A stretch of DNA of 64,000 nt, taken from NCBI RefSeq assembly GCF_009914755.1, contig NC_060928.1; one strand, 5' to 3'. The stretch is from the human T2T-CHM13v2.0 reference genome, Homo sapiens. The first letter of the stretch is position 1, and each line of letters begins with the position of its first letter. The notes under the pieces are model-generated. The model saw only the letters and a list, made by a program, of their open reading frames with translations, was not told where the DNA came from and did no database searches. Positions 26,581 through 39,993 of this stretch are shown here, piece after piece. The translations under genes were made by a program, and so were the position numbers.

Positions 26581-27120
26581 CTGCCTCCTCAACTGCGGCC
26601 TTTCATGGCATCTGCAATGATGGGGTGCTATTTGAGGTGGCTGCTGGTGCCATCCCCAATATCCTCCCAGAAAACAGCTGTCAACCAAAAGAAGGTGACT
26701 GTTAAGGAATGACAGAATGCCTAGCTTATTCTAGGCTCCTTCCAAGACAAATTTCAACGTCTGGTGATACACTTTCTAACAAGAAATTATACCATTTCCT
26801 TTTTTTTTGAGATATCAGTGGGCCCCATTAAAAATGGCTATTTAATGGCAAATTCAAGAATCCCAGCTTGATTAGAAATGATTATCAAAACCAAAAAAAG
26901 CAATGTAATAGTAAGTGAATGGAGATAGACATGTGAGACACATTATTTAATTATTTATAGTCGGAGATGGCATAGAATGTAAAGATAAAAGTATGGCTGA
27001 TCATGGTTTCTGGTATAAAGGAAAAACACAACAGATCTCCCAAGGTAGGTGGCCCTGAGTAGGAGTAACTTTGTCATTACACACCCAGCACACATCTTTC
27101 AATTGCCAACTCCCCCCCAG

Positions 27121-27147
27121 ACACACACACACACACACACACACACA
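27121..27147. repeat. (CA)n microsatellite
   Basis: directly visible. Confidence 0.95.
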
Positions 27148-28617
27148 CGAATTACTAGTGTTTCAGAGGTTTTGAGTTATGAGTAACTTTTTGATGAGAC
27201 AAGTCAGTACTGGGAATTTTTTTTGTATAAAGTTCAAAAAGTCACCCAAATCATTCCCTCAAAGGCTTAAGCTGTCTTTCAAGAATTTATTTTACTTATA
27301 TCACAGAGAGATGGGAAGACAAAATAATAAATAGAAGGAATGAAAACTGCTGAAGGAAACTATGAGCTAGAGAGAAGCACAAAAGGAGAAGAAATATTAA
27401 CACTAGGGTAGAGAGTAGGTGCTACCTATCATGAGGGACAAGAAAACATTGTGGTCTGGGATGGCTCCCAGCCAATGCAACGAAGTTTATTTGCTCTTTT
27501 CATCAGAAACTCTAGGGAAAGACATAATCATTTTTTATTGGAATTTGATTGGTTTTTAGCTGTGTAGGTGGGAAATAACCTTGGATGGCTGTGTTAGTCT
27601 TAAGAGTCCCAGGAACACTCCTGTCTGAGTCCTATATTGTAGCCACCTGTTGGTGGTAAATCTGTGTGCGATTGATACCTGTGGGTGGATGGCAAGGACA
27701 CCACACTCCTTTATTCAGGGAACTTTGCATGTACTTTTGGTTCTAAGAAGGACCCTGGCAACAAGGACATGAATTCACTGTAGGAACCATATGTCTCACG
27801 CAAATAGCTACTTTTAGGCAGGACTGCATTGAGTTTAGAAGCTTCTCTTACTGCAATTCAGGCTTGTGTGATCTTGGTCAAAACCTTACTATCTCTGTGT
27901 CTCAGTTTACCTGCTTGTAAAAAGAAGACAATGTACCCATAGAGTTTCCATAAAGAGCAAATATAATGATATGTTTAAAGGCTTAGCATAGTGTCTGATA
28001 CATAGTAAGTTGAGTCAGTAAGGATTCTTCATTCAGGAAAGCAGAAGCTCTAACTGATATTTTAATAGGGGCAACTTAATGTAGAGAATGGGTTAAATAG
28101 GGGTTGGAGGACTCAACAGGCAGAGTGAAACATTAAGGTAACACAGGGATATTAACTGGGAAAATGAATGAGGGTGAGATCAGAACCTAGAAGCTTGGGG
28201 GAAAAGCTAAGGACCCAGGTTTCTTGGGAGAGGGCACTGTCCAGCTGGTACTAGTGTCTCTGAGAGAACATAAGAAGGCTAATGTTGAAAGTGTGGGGGT
28301 TATGGCAGGCTGGGGGGTAAGGGGACAACTGAAAATTGCGACTGTCCAGGTAAGGAGCTTTACCTGGTGTGGAACAGAAAGGAACAGAATAAATGCACGC
28401 AACCTTTCCTAGAAAGGAGGGAAAGAGGAGACAAAGGAGATACCTGCTGGTTGTAACTAGAAAAGAGGACAAACAGAGGGGAGGCAGGGCCTTGGGTGAC
28501 TCATTAGTTTGACCTCAAATTTATTGCTTGTTTACTTCTGCCTTGCAGCAGGTGTGCTGAGTGTTCTAAGAAGTGAAGACACTTTCTCATTCTCCAAGTG
28601 CTCAAAGAAGGCTAGAA

Positions 28618-29197
28618 CAGTAGTCTCCCCTTAACCATGATTTCACTTTCCTGGGCTTCAGTTACCCATGGCCAACCACAGTTTGAAAATATTTAATGAA
28701 AAATTTCAGAAATAATCAACTTATAAGTTTCAAATTGCATGTTGTTCTGAGTAAAGTGATGAAATTTTGCATGTTATTGCTCTGTCCTGCCCAAGATGTA
28801 AATTATTCCTTTGTCCAGCATATCCATGTGGCATATATGACATTTATCGTTTAGTCACCTCAGTAGCTATCTCAGTTATTGGATCAACAGATCACAAAGA
28901 AGGAGAAGGGTAAGTAGAGTACGATATGATATTTAGAAAGAGTAGGGGGCAGAGAGAGAGAGAAGAGAGAGGTCATATTCACACAACACTTATTGCAGCT
29001 GATTGTTATTTGTTCTATTTTATCATTAGTTATGGTTGTTAAACTCTTACTGTACCTAAGTCATAAATTAACCCTCATGATAGGTATACATGTGTAGGAA
29101 AGCACATAGTGTATATAGGGTTTGTATTGTTCACAAGTTCAGGCATTCGCTGGGGGTCTTGGAGCATTTCCCCTGCAGATGAAGGGGACTGAAGTAC
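28618..29197 (+). mobile_element. MER44 (B-like) TcMar-Tigger non-autonomous DNA transposon
   Basis: TIR-like ends cagtagtctcccctta... and ...gatgaaggggactgaagta; internal ttcagttacccatggccaaccacagtttgaaaat. Confidence 0.85.
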
Positions 29198-29489
29198 AAA
29201 AATGCCTAAAATATGAGGCAAAATTCTAGAATCAGCCCTGCTCCCAGAAGTAGCAGCAGTATTTTCTTCTTTGCTGAATCAGACACAGTTTTTGTCCTTT
29301 TCAAATATTATGGGTTTGTTTTAGACTATGACAATAGTAAATGGGTTCTGTATGACTTCAGATAGAAAATGATTTAAAATTATGGGCAAACCCAGTGAGG
29401 ACGGAGAAAACACACAATTCTGTTTCAAAATGATGAGCTATTACTCTCTAAAATTGGCAATTTATGATTAATCTAATCATCTACTCAGA

Positions 29490-29710
29490 TATCCATCCAC
29501 CCACCAATCCTTGCAAAAATCCATCCATCCATCCACCCGCTTACCATCCTTTCATCCACCTACCCACCCACCTATGCTTCCATTCATCCATCCATCCATC
29601 CATCCATCCATCCATCCATCCATCCATCCACCCATCCATCCATCCATCCATCCAACCATCCATCTACTTTGCCCGCCTGACCTTTACTCCTTCCCTCCTT
29701 CCATCTATAC
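29490..29710. repeat. (CCAT)n tetranucleotide array at an L2 3' end
   Basis: directly visible; followed by L2-like gacctgtaaggagctcacagtctaatgg. Confidence 0.9.
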
Positions 29711-31379
29711 AGCCAACAAATCTCTAGAGGGCAATGTGCCTACTTACAATATATCAGACCCAGGATGCTGGGACTATTACAAAAGACTACAATATAGTTC
29801 TGACCTGTAAGGAGCTCACAGTCTAATGGAGAAGAGAGGTATATAAAAACTAAGTTATTACCAAATGGCAAATGGTTTTGTAGAGGCATGGGGAAGGTAC
29901 TGATTTCTTGGTGTAATGGGTAGTATTACAAGGAAATCTAAAGCAACAGAAAAACAACTCCTAGGATGTTCAATGTGGCATCATGGTCTCAGATCCTGGA
30001 TCTTGCATTACTGGCTCTGTCATCTTAGCAAATTCCTGAAATGTTTTGCGTCTTGTTTTTTTCATATTTAAAATGGGACTAATAGTATTTAGCTCATATG
30101 ATTACCAGTAGGCTGAAATTAATCAACAAATATAAAGCCCGTAGAGTCACATCTAGCACATAGAGAGCATTAAAAATGTTGACTAAATTGGTATCTGAAT
30201 GGCACCTGACAGCTTAAATTCATTGTTACATTTAGTCCTTAAAATCTCTCTCTGCCTCAGGGAAGTAGGCAGAATAGTTATTGCTTTCCAGTCAGGGACA
30301 GTGAGGTCCAGGGAGATTTTTTGAAGGAGTCACAGAACTTCAGAGTAGTGGAGCTGGAAATCCACCTCAGAACTTCTTCTACAATGTTCTTTCTATTTAT
30401 GCCATGAAGTCTCATATATTGATTTGGAAAAGCAACTGTTGTTCCCCAAGTGTCATAGCTGCTGACTGGCTGCAGGTGGGCTGGCTGTAAACAGAGCCAA
30501 ATGACACAGGCTGCAGCACCACCAAGTCACTGCTGCTTTGTCCACATCTGCCACTCAATACATGGTCCCTGGTGATGAAGAGACAGAAGGCGTGGGTCAG
30601 GAAGCTGCCAAACACCAAATATACATCTTAATTGGTTGCAGGCAGTCACCTTCATCCAAGTCCTGGACGGTAAAATGTCTCCCACAGGCGTTCATACAAT
30701 TAGGAAGTTAATGTCCTTTTAGAATAAAAACTAGCTTTGGAGTTTGAAGTCAACTCGAGTGAGATATTTTAAATTGATATCCCATTCAAAATGTGGAGAA
30801 GTTTCCTTGATTGATTTGGTTTGTGGGTTGAGTCTTATGAAAATGCATCAGAAACATGAGTGCTGCAATATGTGAAGCTGAGAGAGAAGCAGAAAAGTAT
30901 GCAGGAGCCCAGTGCTTCCATGGAAAGCAGTCTCAGACCACAACCTACAGCTGTCACAGAATTAACGGGGGCATGGTAGTTATGGAAAGAGATGTAGAAG
31001 ACTTGGGGGGTCCTCATCATTTCAGTGCCTTTATTGCCATATATTGAGACCTGGGGCAGCAAAACGAAACAGTCGTTGCTTTCTATTTTAAAAGTCACTA
31101 GTCTAACTTGGGGAGAGACATAAATACAAAATTATAGTACAGTGTAATATGGGGATAATACAACTTTGTATAGGCAGCACAGAGAAAGAAATTATTGATT
31201 TTGCTTCTGGCAATTTGAGGAGGTCTCAGTAAGTAGATGCTGTCAAAGTAGGCTTTTAAAGCATAAGCAATAGCTTTTCTAGATAGACAATTTGAGGATA
31301 CACATTCTAAGCAGAGGCCACAGCATATCTAAGCACCTGGAATTATTAACATGTTTCACTTAAGCCAAAGTGTCTTCTT

Positions 31380-32085
31380 AAACAGTTATATCCATTACCA
31401 ACACTTGGTATTATCTTCTTAATTTTTGCCAAATGAGTGGGTATAAAAAGATATCTTATTTTGGTCTTAATTCATACTTCCTTAATTTCTAATGAGGTTC
31501 AGTATCTTCTTATATGTTTTCGACAATTTATATTTTGTGTGCCATACCTGTTCATGATGTAGGCCTATTTTTCTGTTTCGGTTGTTTGTGTTTTTCTAAT
31601 TGACTTATACAAATGTTCATATATTCTGAATACTAATCCTTTGTAGGTTTTGTTTTTCAAATATATTCCCTTACATACTTATTCTCATGTATTCTCATTT
31701 GTATATATAAACACACATATGTATATTACACATAGGCATAAAGATATATAAAATCGACATGTACTATATAGATCTATATCAATGGCTCATATATTCCTTT
31801 TATAGTATTTAATATGCCTCATGTTTGAGAAATAGTCTTCAACCTTCATCAGCAAAGTATGCTCTTTTAAATATTTTTAAATAGTTTTAAAGTTTTGCCT
31901 TCTATATTTGAATATGAAAGCTATTTAGAATTAACATATGTGTGTACTGTGATATAGGCATGTACTATGTTATATTTGCCAAGACAGATAATGGTTCTTT
32001 CAGCAGCATTTATTAAATGATCCATATTTTCCCATGTGATCTACAATATTAACTCTGACATATATGACATTTCTTAGAAGTGCAT
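31380..32085 (-). mobile_element. Old L1M(E)-like fragment
   Basis: ccaacacttggtattatc...ttaatttttgccaa...catatattctgaatactaatcctttgt. Confidence 0.7.
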
Positions 32086-32094
32086 TATTACTAT

Positions 32095-35000
32095 TATTAT
32101 TTTAATTTCAATAGGTTTTTAGGGAACAGGTGGTTGGTTACATGAATAAGTTCTTTAGTGGTGATTTCTGAGATTTTGGTGCACCCATCACCCAAGCAGT
32201 GTAGACTGTACGCAATGTGTAGTCTTTTATCTCTTACCCTCCTCCCATCCTTCCCCCCAGGTTCCCAAAGTCCATCGTATTATTCTTATGTCTTTATGTC
32301 TTCATAGCTTAGCTCCCACATATCAGTGAGAGCATGCAATACTTGGTTTTCCATTCTTGAGTTACTTTACTTAGAATAATAGTCTCCAATCTCATCCAGG
32401 TCACTGCAAATGCTGTTAATTCATTTCTTTTTATGGCTGCATAGTATTCCATCATATATCTATACCACAGTTTCTTTATCCACTCATTGATTGATGGGCA
32501 TTTGGATTGGTTCCACAAATTTGCAATTGTGAATGGTGCTGCTATAAACATGCATGTGCAAGTATCTTTTTTGAATCATGACTTTTTTTCCTCTGGGTAG
32601 ATACCCAGTAGTGGGATTGCTGGACCAAATGGTAGTTCTACTTTTAGTTCTTTAAGGAATCTCCACACTGTTTTTCACAGTGGCTGTACTAGTTTACATT
32701 CCCACCAGCAGTTTAGAAGTGTTCCCTGTTCACTGCATCCATGCCAACATCTGCTGTTTTTTGATGTTTTGATTATGGCCATTGTTGCAGAAGTAAGGTG
32801 GGATTACATTGTGGTTTTGATTTGCATTTCCCTGATATTAGTGATGTTGAGCATTCTTTCATATGTTTATTGGCCATTTGTATATCTTCTTTTGAGAATT
32901 GTCTCTTCATGTTCTTTGCTCACTTTTTGATGGAATTATTTGTTTTTTTCTTGCTGATTTGTTTGAGTTCTTTGTAGATTCTGGATATTAGTCTTTACGC
33001 AGATGCAGAGTTTGCAAAGATTTTCTCCCGTTCTGTGGGTTGTCTATTTAATCTACTGATTATTTCTTTTGTTTTGCAGAAGACTTTTAGTTTAAGTCCC
33101 ATCTATTTATCTTCATTTTTGTTGCATTTGCTTTTGGGTTCTTGGTCATGAAGTCTTTGTCTAAGCTAATGTCTAGAACAACTTTTCCAATGTTATCTTC
33201 TAGAATTTTTTATGGTTTCAGGTCTTAGATTTAAGCCTTTGCTCCATCTTGAGTTAATTTTTGTATAAGGTAAGAGATGACGATTTCATTCTTCTACATG
33301 TGGCTTTGCAATTATCCCAGCAACATTTTTGGAAAAGGGTATCTATTCGCCACTTTATGTTTTTGTTTGCTTTGTCAAAGATTAGTTGGCTGTTAAGTGT
33401 TTGGGTTTATTTCTGGGTTCTCTATTCTGTTCCATTGGTCTAGGTACATATTTTCACACCAGTACCATGCTGTTTTGGTGACTATGCCCTATAGCAGAGT
33501 TTCAAGTCGGGCAATGTGATTCCTCTGGATTTGCTCTTCTGCTTAGTCTTGCTTTGGCTATGTGAGCTCTTTTTTGGTTCCATATGAATTTTAGGATTTT
33601 TTTTGTAGGTCTGCGAAGAATATAATGGCATTTTAATGGGAGTTGGGTTGAATTTGTAGATTACTTTTGGCAGTATGGTCATTTTCACAATATTGATTCT
33701 ACCTGTCCATGAGTATGGGATGTGTTTCCATTTGTTTGTGTCATTTATGATTTATTTCAGCAGTGTTTTGTAGTTTTCCTTGGAGAGGTCTTTCACGTTC
33801 TTGGGTAGGTGTTCCTAAGGTTTTTTTTTTTTTTTGCAGCTATTGTAAAATGGGTTGAGTTCTTGATTTGATTCTCAGCTTGGTCACTGTTGGTATATAG
33901 CAGTATTACTAATTTGTGTACATTTATTTTGTACCCTAAAACTTTACTGAATTCATTTATCAGATCTAGGAGCTTTTTAGATGAGTCTTTAGGGATTTCC
34001 AGGTATATAATCATATCATTAGCAAACAGCAACAGCTTGATTTCCTCTTTACTGATTTGGATGCCGTTTATTTCTTTTTCTTGTCTGACTGTTCTGGCTA
34101 GGACATCCAGTACCATGTTGAATAGAAGTGATGAAAGTGGGCCTCCTTGTCTTGTTTCAGTTCTTAAGGGGAATGCTTTCAGCTTTTCCCCACTCAGTAT
34201 AATGTTGGCTGTAGGTTTGTCACAGATGGCTTATATTACCTTGGGGTATGTCTCTTTTATTCCCATTTTGCTGAAGGTTTTAATCATAAAGTGATGCTGG
34301 ATTTTGTCAAATGCTTTTTCTGTGTTTACTGAGATTATCATGTAATTTTTGTTTTTAATTATCTTTAGGTGGTATATCACATTTATTGACATTGAGTCTA
34401 CTGTTTCTTTATTCACTTTCTGTCTTGATTACCTGTCTCGTGCTGTCAGTGGAGTATTAAAGTCTCCCACTATTATTGTGTTGCAGTCTCTCTCATTTCT
34501 TAGGTCTAGTAGTAATTGTTTTATAAATTTGGGAGCTCCAGTGTTAGGTGCATATGTATTTAGAACTGTGATATTTTCCTATTAGGCTAGTCCTTTTATC
34601 ATTACATAATGTCCCTTTTTGTCTTTTTTTACTGTTGTTTCTTTAAAGTCTTTTTTGTTTGATATAAGAATCTCCTCTCACTTTTGGTGTCCATTTACAT
34701 GAAATATCTTTTTCCACCCTTTTACCTGCAGTTTATGTGAGTCCTTATGTGTTAGGCGAGTCTCTTAAAGACAGCAAATACTTGGTTGGTGAATTCTTAT
34801 CCATTCTGCCATTCTGTATATTTTAATTGGAGCATTTAGACCATTTACGTTCAGCATTAGTATTGAGATGTGAGGTCCTTTACTATTCATTGTGCTAGTT
34901 GTTGCCTGAATGCCTTTTTTTTTTTCCATTATGTTATTGTTTTACAGGCCCTCTGAGATTTATGCTTTAAGGAGGTTATATTTTAGTGTACTTTGTGGTT

Positions 35001-36497
35001 TTGTTTCAAGATATTTAACTCCTTTTAGCAGTTCTTATAGTGCTGGCTTGGTAGGGCAAATTCTCTCAGCATTTGTTGGTCTGGAAACGACTGTATCTTT
35101 CCTTCATTTATAAAGCTTAGTTTTGATGGATACAAAACTCTTGGCTGATAATAGTTTTGTTTAAAGAGGCTAAAGATAGGATCCCAATCCCCTCTGGCTT
35201 GTAGGGTTTCTGCTGAGAAATCTGCTGTTAATCTGATAGGTATTCCTTTATAAGTAACCTGATGCTTTTGTCTCACAGCTCTTAAGATTCTTTCATTCAT
35301 CTTGACCTTAGATAACCTGATGACTATGTGCCTTGGCGATGATCTTTCTTGCAATAAATTTCTCAGGCAGTCTTTGAGCTTCTTGCATTTGTATGCAAGG
35401 CCAGGGAAGAGTTCTTTGATTATTCCCTCAAATACGTTTTCCAAACTTTTAGATTTCTCTTCTTCCTTGGAAAAGCCAATTATTTTTAGGCTTGGTCATT
35501 TAGCATAGTCCCAAACTTCTTGGAGGCTTCGTTTATTTTGTTTTCTATTCTTTTCTCTTTGTCTTTGTCAGACTGGGTTAATTCAAAAGCCTTGTCCTCA
35601 AGCTCTGAGGTTATTTTTTCTACTTGTTCAATGCTATTGTTGAAACTTTCCAGTGTAGTTTACATTTCTCTAAATGTGTCTTTCATTTCCAGACATGGTA
35701 ATTTTTCTTTATTTATGCTATCTATTACTCTGGAGATTTTTCATCCATATCCTGCCTTATTTAAAAAATTTCTTTAAGTTGGTTTTCATCTTTCTCTGGT
35801 GCCTCTTTGAGTAGTTTAATAATCAACCTTCTGAATTCTTTTCCTGGAAATTCAGAGATTTCTTGTTGGTTTGTATCCATTGCTGGTGAACTAGTGTGAT
35901 CTTTTGGGGGCGAGAGAACTTTCCTTTTTCATATTACCAGAATTGTTTTTTGGTGCCTTCTCATTTGGGTAGACTATGTCAGAGGAAAGATCTAGGGCTC
36001 AAGTACTGCTGTTCAGATTCATTTGTCCCACAGGGTGCTCTCTTAATGTGGTGCTTTTCCCTTTCCCCTAGAGATGGGGCTCCCTGAGAGCCAGACTGCA
36101 GCAACTGCTATTGCTCTTTTGGGTCTAATCACTCAGTGGAGCTACCCAGCTCTAGGCTGGTGCTTGGGAGTATCTGCAAAGAGTCTTGTGATGTGATGTG
36201 TCTTCAGGTTTCTCAGCCGTGGCTACCAGCACGTACTCTGGCGGAAGTATCAGGGGCACAAAGTGGACTCTGTAAGTGTCCTTGGTTGTAGTTTTGTTTA
36301 GTGCACTGGTTTTCTTGGATGCTGGTTGTGCTAGCAGTGAAGTTGTCATGTGGACAGACCCAGGATCTCTGGTTAGCCAGGATGTTATAGGCCATGGAAT
36401 TAGCTATTGTTTTCTCCTTTGTTGAAGTGGGTTATTGTTTTATATAAATTGCTGTAATGGCTTAAGTTGGTTGGCCCCAAGCCAGGAGGTGGCACAC
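32095..36497 (-). mobile_element. L1PB1/L1PBa-like LINE-1 with a ~1.2-kb internal deletion at ~34390
   Basis: 3' UTR ttcaataggtttttagggaacaggtgg; ORF2 and ORF1 (RSSPRHIVIRLSKVK) remnants; PB-type 5' UTR. Confidence 0.92.
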
Positions 36498-38353
36498 TAA
36501 ACAAAACTATACCTCACAGCACCACAAGTGATGGAACCCACTAAACTGTAGTTTCTTCATTGGTAAGATGATATCATTACTCACATGTAGAACTGTTGCG
36601 AGAACTAGATGATACATATAAAACACTCAGCACAGAGCTCAATGAGCACGAGGTCATGTTGCATAGAACATATAGGTTTGTATGAGTAGGTAGGAAGTCA
36701 AGAGTGTACATATTGAGTCCCTCAATTTTCTGGTGGTTCTGTGAGGGGATGGTGGTACTGGGATGGTAATGAAGATACTTACTGTGCAAGAGCTATTCTG
36801 AATAATGGGAGAAGGAACCAAAAACTCACAATTCCCTTCTTCTTCTGGCATTTGCATAGAAGGCAAAATTGGCTTAAAATTAGAATGAAGGGCACTGGTT
36901 TAGACTGTCCTTTTGCTGGTTACTACAAATAAGTGAGGCTGAACAGAATCTCTCAGATTCTTGGAACTGGCCATCAAAAAGTATGGTGGGTTCTCTGAAG
37001 CTGGCTGCCTGTTTGGTAGGTCACCTTCTTGAAACATGGTAGTATGTCTTGTTTTGTGTAAAATTTGTTTGGTGTTCAAGTGATTTCTTCTTTTAGGGTG
37101 TGCTGTCTGAAGTTATGGGAGGGAAAATTTCAGTTTCTGAAATTATGTAGATATTTAGTTAAATGTATGTTTAAAGCTATCACAAAAAGACCTCTGAATA
37201 GGGAGAGCTAACTCTCTGGGGTTGATATTGATTCCTTTACCATTTAGCTGTGTGATTTTAGTTAAGATCTGGAGAAGGAGAGGTCTGGACTCAGCATTTG
37301 GTAATTTCCATTTAATTCTCCAATCACCTGCAATACAAGATCTTCCCTAAGGAATTCTTGCATCTTGAAGATATAGAGTGAAAGGGGATTCAGTTGGCAG
37401 GAGGAAGATGTTATCCAACAAATTAGAGGTAGCCACTCATGTATTATGTTAATTACTTACTGTTTTTCCTATTTACTAACAGATTTGCTTGACAAACATT
37501 ATCCTGTCTGCTAGGTGCTAAAAAATATGATAATCACCAAGACAGACTCAGCTCTAACTTCACGGACATTATCACCTTCTTTTCACTGAGGCAGCCCAAT
37601 AGGAACCTTCATTGCACAATAGAGTATGCTTTGATACTTCACTAAATATTGTAGACTCAGCTTGATTGCATTCGTCTAATATTATATACTTTGAAAATTA
37701 TTTTATTCACATTTGTATGCCTAGGATCCAGCACAACTTCTAGCACATACAAGGTATACAATAAACATCTGAAAGAAATAGTCCCTGGTGATTTGAGAAT
37801 GTGTAGACTGAATAATGTAATTTCTATTTTGGTACATTATGGAGGAAAGAGCATATATAAAAATATATATACATAAATGGCAGGGAATTAACATGTCTTT
37901 AGCATTTACTATGTGACATCCATTGTGTGGGTACTTTAAATACATTTGTTAAGAGGATCCTTTTTAATTGCTTGGTTTTTTTTTTAAGGTGAAAAAACTG
38001 ATATCCAGAAAGGATACATAACTAGCCTATATCATTTAGCTATTATGTAGTAGAGAAATAATTTAAATCATGGCTGTATGACTCTAAAATCTATAATCAC
38101 CTTGTTCTATTTCTGTATGTTTTTATGGTTGCAGGAATTACTATTGCAATTGGATATAAAAATCCTAACCAGTGCGATTATGTAAGTAAAGGCTACATGA
38201 TAATTGGGAAGCCTGCAGATCCTGCCTGCCTAGAGTCAGACTTCCTCTAGCTTTGCTGTAACCGACCACAAAGATTCCAAAAGCTACAGACCAGAATAGA
38301 CCCCAGACTGAATATTGCATAAAATTACAAACTGGAGTTAAAATAAGTGCTGA

Positions 38354-39993
38354 TTTTTTTTTTTTTTTTTTTTTTTTGCCTTCAAGCATCTGTTTAACAA
38401 AGCACATCTTGCACTGCCCTTAATCCATTTAACCCTGAGTGGACACAGCACATGTTTCAGAGAGCACAGGGTTGGGGGTAAGGTCACAGATCAACAGGAT
38501 CCCAAGGCAGAAGAATTTTTCTTAGTACAGAACAAAATGAAAAGTCTCCCATGTCTACTTCTTTCTACACAGACATGGCAACCATCCGATTTCTCAATCT
38601 TTTCCCCACCTTTCCCCCCTTTCTATTCCACAAAACCGCCATTGTCATCATGGCCCGTTCTCAATGAGCTGTTGGGTACACCTCCCAGACGGGGTGGTGG
38701 CCGGGCAGAGGGGCTCCTCACTTCCCAGTAGGGGCGGCCGGGCAGAGGCGCCCCTCACCTCCCGGACGGGGTGGCTGGCCGGGCGGGGGACTGACCCCCC
38801 ACCTCCCTCCCGGACGGTGCGGCTGGCCGGGCAGAGGGGCTCCTCACTTCCCAGTAGGGGCGGCCGGGCAGAGGCGCCCGTCACCTCCCGGACGAGGCGG
38901 CTGGCCGGGCGGGGGGCTGACCCCCCCACCTCCCTCCCAGATGGGGCGGCTGGCCGGGCGGGGGGCTGACCCCCCCACCTCCCTCCCGGACGGGGCGGCT
39001 GGCTGGGCAGGGGGCTGACCCCCCCACCTCCCTCCCGGATGGGGCGGCTGCCCTGGCGGGGGCTGACCCCCACCTCCCTCCCGGATGGGGTGGCTGCCGG
39101 GCGGAGACGCTCCTCACTTCCCAGAGGGGGTGGCTGCCGGGCGGAGGGGCTCCTCACTTCTCAGACGGGGCGGTTGCCAGGTGGAGGGTCTCCTCACTTC
39201 TCAGACGGGGTGGCTGGGCAGAGACGCTCCTCACCTCCCAGACGGGGTCGCGGCCGGGCAGAGGTGCTCCTCACATCCCAGACGGGGCGGCGGGGCAGAG
39301 GCGCTCCCCACATCTCAGATAATGGGTGGCCGGGCAGAGATGCTCCTCACTTCCTAGATGGGATGGCGGCCGGGAAGAGGCGCTCCTCACTTCCTAGATG
39401 GGATGGCGGCCGGGCAGAGACACTCCTCACTTTCCAGACTGGGCAGCCAGGCAGAGGGGCTCCTCACGTCCCAGACAATGGGCGGCCAGGCAGAGACGCT
39501 CCTCACTTCCCAGACGGGGTGGCGGCCGGGCAGAGGCTGCACTCTCAGTACTTTGGGAGGCCAAGGCAGGCGGCTGGGAGGTGGAGGTTGTAGCGAGCTG
39601 AGATCACGCCACTGCACTCCAGCCTGGGCACCATTGAGCACTGAGTGAACCAGACACCGTCTGCAATCCTGGCACCTCCGGAGGCCGAGGCTGGCGGATC
39701 ACTCGTGGTTACGAGCCGGAGACCAGCCCGGCCAACACAGCGAAACCCCGTCTCCACCAAAAAAATAAGAAAACCTGTCAGGCGTGGTGGCGCGCGCCTG
39801 CAATCGCAGGCACTCGGCAGGCTGAGGCAGGAGAATCAGGCAGGGAGATTGCAGTGAGCCTAGATGGCAGCAGTACAGTCCAGCTTCGGCTCGGCATCAG
39901 AGGGAGACCATGGAAAGAGAGGGAGAGGGAGACCATGGGGAGAGGGAGAGGGAGAGGGAGACCGTGGGGAGAGGGAGAGGGAGAGGGAGAGGG
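38354..39993 (-). mobile_element. SVA (SVA_D-like), intact 5' end, SINE-R truncated at the 3' end
   Basis: (AGAGGG)n hexamers, Alu-like domain, GC-rich VNTR (~38670-39540), SINE-R, 24-nt poly-T; TSD gctg(a/t)ttttt at 38349 and 39994. Confidence 0.97.

Noticed and set aside
28015-28470. Probable ancient ERV LTR
   Set aside because: Composition is LTR-like, but family and boundaries cannot be assigned without a search
29464-29810. HPSI-repeat ORFs
   Set aside because: Translation of the (CCAT)n array
38670-39540. Regularly spaced repeats resembling a CRISPR array
   Set aside because: Tandem SVA VNTR units with no unique spacers, in a eukaryotic context
38648-39857. Long overlapping ORFs (up to 184 aa)
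   Set aside because: These are stop-poor frames of the GC-rich SVA VNTR and Alu-like domain, not genes
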